Shown one piece after another: positions 62,447 to 64,000 of a DNA stretch of 64,000 nucleotides. The DNA lies in the NCBI RefSeq assembly GCF_006345805.1, contig NC_042998.1, positions 196,602,001 to 196,666,000 of the forward strand, given 5' to 3'. The stretch is from Octopus sinensis (taxonomy: Eukaryota). The position numbers were made by a program, and so were the translations under genes. Position 1 is the stretch's first letter. The number at the start of each line of letters is the position of its first letter. Below the pieces are notes generated by a model. It did no database searches, was not told the DNA's origin, and saw only the letters and a list, made by a program, of their open reading frames with translations.

Positions 62447-64000
62447 TTACGTGCCACCGGCACTGGTATCACAGCTGGAATTTCCATTGATGTTCATTGA
62501 TTTCGATTCCGATTCTTACTTGCCTCAACAGGTCTTCACAAGTAGAGTTTTGTGTCCTAAGAAGGAAAGGTATGCATAAGTGGACTGGCTACATCCCATG
62601 TAGAGGCCAGTGTTAGGAACATAAATTGTGACTAAGATTTAGTGGAAGATTTGAATTCAAAACTTATGAAAACAAGACATTTATACTAAAGAGCCAGAGC
62701 TGGTTTCAGCCAGGTTGGTAACAAAAGGGTTAAGATGGCTCATCAACGGGCCTTATTCTGGCTAAGAAGCTCTCAGAATAACCTCATCTACTACTGATTA
62801 GGCTTACCATTATTTTCAGCTTTAAAACTGACCAATATGATGCAGGGCTTGAAGAGCTATAACATGAAGATTATGTAATGAGGGAGAGCAAGCCTCCTGT
62901 ATGCAGTAGTCAGGGGTCTGGAGGATATTTCATTGCAAATATATTAATACTAGCAGTATTGCCCGGTGTTGCTCGGGTTTGTTTCAACCCTTTAGAATTG
63001 GAACTTTTGAAAAGTAAAAATTTTGCATTATGTAGCTTGTTATTCTCTTTAAGTGAACATTTTTTCTGGTTGAAATTCACCGAAAAATGGCAACACAGCA
63101 GTAAAAAAAGGGACTTTCATAGAAAAAAAGCACCTTTTTGATGTAAATAATTTTTGGTGTTAAATTGGTTCGATTTGAATTTTTTCTTCTACGGAAGGAA
63201 GAGCAAGCCTTCTTCTATCATATTCTCAATTTTGGTCAACTTGCGCCGCAGGGTCTCGGAGGAGATAGTATTAGTTGAAGGCTACCTAACCTGCCATACA
63301 CAGACAACTTCGTCTTTATATAGAGAGAGATAACTGCTGGTGTCATGCAAAAAAATACCTGTGCTGGTGCCACATATAAAGCACATGTGCCGGTGCCACA
63401 TGAAAAGCACCCAGTACACTCTGTAAAGTGGTTGGTGTTAGGAAGGGCATCCAGCCACAGAAACCATGCCAAAAGAGACAAATGGAGCCTGGTGCAGCTC
63501 TAGTCAACCCAGATGTTAAATGACGACGATGATGATAGCTGCATCATCATCGTTTAACGTCCGCTTTCCATGCTAGCATGGGTTGGACGATTTGACTGAG
63601 GTGTGGTGAACCAGACTCCAACCTGATCTGGCAAAGTTTCTACAGCTGGATGCCCTTCCTAATGCCAACCACTCGGAGAGTGTAGTGGGTGCGTTTACGT
63701 GCCACCGCACTGGTATCACAGCTGGAATTTCCATTGATGTTCATTGATTTCGATTCCAATTCTTACTTGCCTCAACAGGTCTTCACAAGTAGAGTTTTGT
63801 GTCCTAAGAAGGAAAGGTATGCATAAGTGGACTGGCTACATCCCATGTAGAGGCCAGTGTTAGGAACATAAATTGTGACTAAGATTTAGTGGAAGATTTG
63901 AATTCAAAACTTATGAAAACAAGACATTTATACTAAAGAGCCAGAGCTGGTTTCAGCCAGGTTGGTAACAAAAGGGTTAAGATGGCTCATCAAAGGGCCT
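62447..64000 (+). repeat. Recent direct duplication: 62447-62753 repeated at 63695-64000 (offset 1247)
   Basis: Two mismatches over 293 nt, continuing to the window edge; includes non-SINE sequence. Confidence 0.9.
62950..63330 (-). mobile_element. Non-autonomous Helitron
   Basis: Minus-strand A|TC...gcaacaccgggcaatactgCTAG|T. A 5'-part copy lies at about 28791-29010 (+), and another Helitron-like 3' end at about 44990-45022. Confidence 0.72.

Overview
AT-rich, repeat-dense animal genomic DNA. The SINE/LINE complement looks like coleoid cephalopod (Octopus-like); this is pattern recognition, not a database result. The window holds one large minus-strand spliced gene that the ORF track only shows in fragments. 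I reconstructed 22 GT-AG exons from 50629 down to 1266, and the gene continues off the left edge. Its 3' half encodes a CEP57/translokin-like protein (Cep57_CLD-like coiled coil plus Cep57_MT_bd-like C-terminus). Upstream of that core, the N-terminal module has been amplified in tandem into six units (U6 to U1 in transcript order). Each unit is an A(phase 0-1)/B(1-1)/C(1-0) exon triplet; U1 lacks C and runs straight into the core. All 17 module exons keep their phase although lengths and sequences differ greatly. The full chain is 2511 nt (837 codons) with one in-frame TGA, in U4-B, which can be skipped in frame. A sense-oriented solo LTR lies in the intron just before that exon and could split the locus into two transcription units. 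The introns are full of three SINE-like families, RTE and other LINE fragments, mariner remnants, MITEs, Helitrons, Penelope-like hammerhead remnants, fold-backs and microsatellites. All exon calls are manual and lack transcript support.
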